Source of the DNA: Phycisphaeraceae bacterium
Lineage (GTDB): Bacteria > Planctomycetota > Phycisphaerae > Phycisphaerales > Zrk34
NCBI GenBank assembly: GCA_040905565.1
Contig: JBBDRF010000021.1
Span: 32,001-96,000 of the forward strand
Direction: 5' to 3'
Length of the DNA stretch: 64,000 nt
A model generated the notes under the pieces. That model was not told the DNA's origin. It saw nothing but the letters and a program-made list of their open reading frames with translations, and ran no database searches. Every line of letters starts with the position of its first letter. Within the stretch, counting starts at the first letter, position 1. Shown here piece by piece: positions 60,696 to 64,000 of this stretch. The position numbers were made by a program, and so were the translations under genes.

Positions 60696-62138
60696 ATGAG
60701 ATGGATCATCAGCATCAAGTCGCTTCCGTTGGCCTTCGCGCTGTCCCTGCTCACATTCCTCAGTTCCGCCGGAACCCCGGCTCTCAGTGCGCAGACGACA
60801 GCCGACCAAAGCACCCGCAAAACGGCCAAAGAGACGGCAGGGGCAGTGGGTGAGGTGCAGCGGAACCTTCGCCGGACGCATGTCGTCGAGGTGTTCGAGG
60901 CCAATCGTGACGCAGTCGTGAACGTCAATACCACCACAATCGTTCGTCAACGTTTCGGTATGTCTGAGAACGACCCGTTCTTCCGACGGTTTTTCGGCAG
61001 TCAGCCCTTCGAGCGCGACGTCAGGCGCACCAGCCTCGGCAGCGGCTTCATTATCCACGAGGCCGGGTATGTCGTGACCAACGCCCACGTCGTCGACGGG
61101 GCCGACCAGATTGACGTGACCCTTTCCGACGGCCGCGAGCTTCGTGCCCGTGTGCTTGCTTCCGATCCACGCAACGATCTGGCGGTCCTGCGCGTCGAGG
61201 GAGACGATGGCCAGCCTGTCTCACTGCAACGGGCGGAGCTCGGCGATTCGTCGGACCTGATGATCGGCGAGCCCGTCGTCGCCATCGGCAACCCCCTCGG
61301 CTATGAACACTCGGTCACAAGCGGCATCGTGAGTGCACTCAACCGTACGCTGCCTGTCACGCGGGAGTGGAAGCTTGATGGCCTGCTGCAAACCGACGCC
61401 TCGATCAACCCCGGCAACTCCGGTGGACCGCTGCTTAACGCCTACGGGCAGGTCATCGGCATCAACACCGCAATACGGGGCGACGCTCAGAACATCGGAT
61501 TCTCGATCCCCGTGAACCGCCTGAGGGAGTTGATCCCCGAACTGCTGAGCCCGCTGATTCACAACCAGGTCGACCTCGGCGGACGGGTTGTAGAGGACCG
61601 TGCGATTCAGCCGCCCGCAGAACTAGATGTGAAACTCTGGTGGTCAGCGGGCGGCGAGCAGCCACTGGAACTGACGCATATCAACGGCGAGCCGGTGCGT
61701 GATATCGTTGACGCCTATGTCACGCTGATGCGTGTCGCGGAAGTCGGCGAGCCCGTCACGCTTGAGGGCGACGGTGTGATTCGGCAGGTGTTTGCCGACC
61801 GGCCGAAGCTCGACAACGCGCAGCGCGTCGTGCAGTCGGCGATGGGCGTGCGGGCGCGGAAACTGCAACCGGCGGACCGGCAGCGGATGAACCTCGAGGG
61901 CGTGTCGGGCGTGAAGGTGACCGACATCGAACGCGGTGGTCCCGCGCAGCGCGGCGGCCTGCGTGTAGACGACGTGATCGTCCAAGTCGGCCGTCACCGC
62001 GTGGCCAGCATTGAGGACCTGGCCCTGCTGCTTTCGCAGGTGGCCGAGGGCACACAGGCGGATATCTACATCGTCCGCGAGGGGCGTCTGGGCATGACCC
62101 GCATCACGCTGCGTCGACCAGACTACGGCTCGACGTAA
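60696..62138 (+). CDS. HtrA/DegP-like serine protease with PDZ domain
   Basis: LGSGFII, TNAHVV, DLAVL and QTDASINPGNSGGPL motifs, plus a C-terminal PDZ. Confidence 0.92.
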   Translation: MRWIISIKSLPLAFALSLLTFLSSAGTPALSAQTTADQSTRKTAKETAGAVGEVQRNLRRTHVVEVFEANRDAVVNVNTTTIVRQRFGMSENDPFFRRFFGSQPFERDVRRTSLGSGFIIHEAGYVVTNAHVVDGADQIDVTLSDGRELRARVLASDPRNDLAVLRVEGDDGQPVSLQRAELGDSSDLMIGEPVVAIGNPLGYEHSVTSGIVSALNRTLPVTREWKLDGLLQTDASINPGNSGGPLLNAYGQVIGINTAIRGDAQNIGFSIPVNRLRELIPELLSPLIHNQVDLGGRVVEDRAIQPPAELDVKLWWSAGGEQPLELTHINGEPVRDIVDAYVTLMRVAEVGEPVTLEGDGVIRQVFADRPKLDNAQRVVQSAMGVRARKLQPADRQRMNLEGVSGVKVTDIERGGPAQRGGLRVDDVIVQVGRHRVASIEDLALLLSQVAEGTQADIYIVREGRLGMTRITLRRPDYGST

Positions 62139-62172
62139 GCGCGGCGAAGGGCCGTCGCCGTCGCCCGCTGAC

Positions 62173-63195
62173 TCAGGCGGCGGACATCTCCAAGGTCCTC
62201 GCAACGTGTCCCATCATGTCCACGAGGCGCGACGAGAAGCCCCATTCGTTGTCGTACCAACCAAGCGTTTTCACGAGTCCACCACCGACCACGTAAGTAT
62301 CTTCGGGGCTGAGCGTGCAGCTGAACGGCGTGCCGACGATGTCGCTGGAAACCAGCGGCGCTTCGGCCACGGTGAGCACGCCCTTCATGCGGTTGCCGGC
62401 TACTTCGCGGAACGCGTCGTTGATCTGCTCGGCACTGACCTCTTGCTCAAGTTCCGCCGTCAGGTCGACGATCGACCCGGCAAGCACAGGCACGCGGAGT
62501 GCCATTCCATCGATGCGGCCTTCAAGCTCGGGGATGATCAGGCTGATGGCCTTCGCGGCACCGGTTGAGGTGGGAATGATGTTCGCCGCTGCGGCGCGGG
62601 CACGGCGGAGATCCTTATGCGGGCCATCGACAAGACTCTGGTCCGCGGTGTACGCATGCACGGTCGTCATCAGCGCCCGGCGAATCCCGAAGCGGTCCTG
62701 AAGCACGCGTGCCATCGGCGCGAGGGCGTTGGTCGTGCAACTACCGATCGAAAAGATGCGATGCTGCTGGGGGTCGAACATTTCTTCGTTGACGCCGATG
62801 ACAAAATTGCCGTCGAGTTGATTCTTACCCGGTGCGGAGATGAGCACCCGTTCGGCGCCAGCCTCAAGATGAGCCGCTGCCTGCTCACGCTTACGAAAGA
62901 TCCCGGTCGATTCCAGCACGCACTGAGCATGGCGATCGGCCCAGGGCAGGTCAGCGGGATCCTTTTCCGCGGAGACGGTGACTTCGTGGTCGTCGATGAT
63001 GAGGCGATCGCCGGCCGCGCGGATTTCGCGGTCCCACGTGCCGTAGGTCGAATCGTACTTGAGCAGGTGGGCGAGCACCTTCGGCTCAACCAGGTCATTG
63101 ATATGAACGACCTGAACGCCGGGATGATTCCAGGCGATGCGGAAGGCCTGCCGGCCGATACGGCCGAACCCATTGATGCCGATGTTGAGCGTCAT
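62173..63195 (-). CDS. gap: Type I glyceraldehyde-3-phosphate dehydrogenase
   Basis: INGFGRIGR, SCTTN, TVHAYT, PTSTGAAKA and WYDNEWGFS motifs. Confidence 0.95.
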   Translation of the reverse strand: MTLNIGINGFGRIGRQAFRIAWNHPGVQVVHINDLVEPKVLAHLLKYDSTYGTWDREIRAAGDRLIIDDHEVTVSAEKDPADLPWADRHAQCVLESTGIFRKREQAAAHLEAGAERVLISAPGKNQLDGNFVIGVNEEMFDPQQHRIFSIGSCTTNALAPMARVLQDRFGIRRALMTTVHAYTADQSLVDGPHKDLRRARAAAANIIPTSTGAAKAISLIIPELEGRIDGMALRVPVLAGSIVDLTAELEQEVSAEQINDAFREVAGNRMKGVLTVAEAPLVSSDIVGTPFSCTLSPEDTYVVGGGLVKTLGWYDNEWGFSSRLVDMMGHVARTLEMSAA

Positions 63196-63401
63196 GCCGA
63201 ATTCTCCTCGTGGTGCGGAACTGCGTGAGCACTATTCAGGCATTGTGCACCGGCAGCAGGGAAGCTTCGATCAGACGGGCACGGTGCCGTGCCGCGGGGG
63301 TTGCCCCCCGAGAGCCATGCGGATAATGCTCAAGCTCCGGCAGGCGAGCGCCAGCGGGACCAGCATGATGTTGAGATATAGTGGTCGATCAGTTCCTCAA
63401 T

Positions 63402-64000
63402 TCATTCGATCACCAGCCACGTCCAGCCTTGTGCGGGGATGGTGACTTGAACTTCAACATGGTGTTGCCGATCGAGCTTGTAGGCTGTCGGTTCGCCTTC
63501 CTGTTCGCGGATATGCGCTGTGTCCGTAAGGCCGGTGTAATACAACGGCAAACGCAGGGTCCGCGTGACCTGCTTATCCAGCGGGTTCCACACCATCGCC
63601 AGTCCCTTCTGGTCGAGATGCGGATTCACGTTCAACATGCAGTCGATGTCGCGGCCGTCGGCCCGGCGGACGTGAACGATGTCGGAGTCAAGAATGTCGC
63701 GATACTTCTTGTAAAAATCAACCCAGCTTCTAACGACCTCACGCGTCTCCGGCGTGTCGTAAAGTCGGGGGCCGCGGAAGCACGCCTGCACACCTGTGCC
63801 GAATAGATTCGCCATGTGCGCCTGGTAGAAATCGAGGTTTTCGCTGAGCGGCTCGATCGTCGCCGCTGCCCCGCCGCCGTGGTACTGCGTGAGCGGCACG
63901 AACATCCATCCCATGCTCGAGGTTTTCGTCCACGTGCCGTCGTAGATGTTCTGCCGGGCGTGAATGATCTGCTGCTCGCGTGGGAGCGACCAGTTGGTTT
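63402..64000 (-). CDS. C-terminal part of a large protein, probably glycoside-hydrolase (alpha-galactosidase-like), truncated by the window edge
   Basis: Frame stays open to the window end: TNWSLPREQQIIHARQNIYDGTWTKTSSMGWMFVPLTQYHGGG...RGPRLYD...LPLYYTGL. Confidence 0.6.
   Translation of the reverse strand, partial: TNWSLPREQQIIHARQNIYDGTWTKTSSMGWMFVPLTQYHGGGAAATIEPLSENLDFYQAHMANLFGTGVQACFRGPRLYDTPETREVVRSWVDFYKKYRDILDSDIVHVRRADGRDIDCMLNVNPHLDQKGLAMVWNPLDKQVTRTLRLPLYYTGLTDTAHIREQEGEPTAYKLDRQHHVEVQVTIPAQGWTWLVIE

Noticed and set aside
62173..63195. GAPDH active site CTTNA instead of CTTNC
   Set aside because: The catalytic Cys is intact and the second Cys is known to vary
63271..63366. 31-codon minus-strand ORF MLVPLALACRSLSIIRMALGGQPPRHGTVPV between gap and the last gene
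   Set aside because: No RBS or recognisable homology. It could be chance or a remnant and cannot be supported
1..64000. CRISPR arrays, IS elements, integrases, prophage, rRNA
   Set aside because: No regularly spaced repeats, transposase/integrase motifs, phage genes or rRNA-like sequence were seen

Overview
GC-rich bacterial chromosome segment. Gene content points to a planctomycete, probably Phycisphaerae-like: several prepilin-type/DUF1559-like proteins, two PSCyt/PSD1 + DUF1501 pairs and a PQQ-like propeller protein. Housekeeping genes include pyk, gdhA, trpE, pgk, gap, mltA, an FKBP PPIase, an HtrA protease and tRNA-His(GTG). The most notable element is a compact, largely translationally coupled 11-gene cluster at 38244-52447 that looks like a streamlined aryl-polyene (xanthomonadin/flexirubin-like) lipid pathway. 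It encodes GT2-DUF2062, an ACP-FabZ fusion, a LolA-like protein, an LpxL-like acyltransferase, a single-chain KS + non-catalytic KS(CLF-like) fusion, a Hyg5/XanB2-type chorismatase, a flavin-dependent halogenase-like enzyme, an AMP-ligase, a lipoprotein, an MMPL exporter and a polysaccharide deacetylase. It has no ketoreductase. A second accessory locus (336-5900), next to the tRNA-His 3' end, carries a secreted vanadium-haloperoxidase-like enzyme, a CRTAC1/ASPIC-UnbV protein and a tandem pair of pilin-like genes whose 5' parts are almost perfectly identical. No CRISPR array, rRNA, transposase or integrase was seen. All family assignments come from motif recognition by eye, not from database searches.
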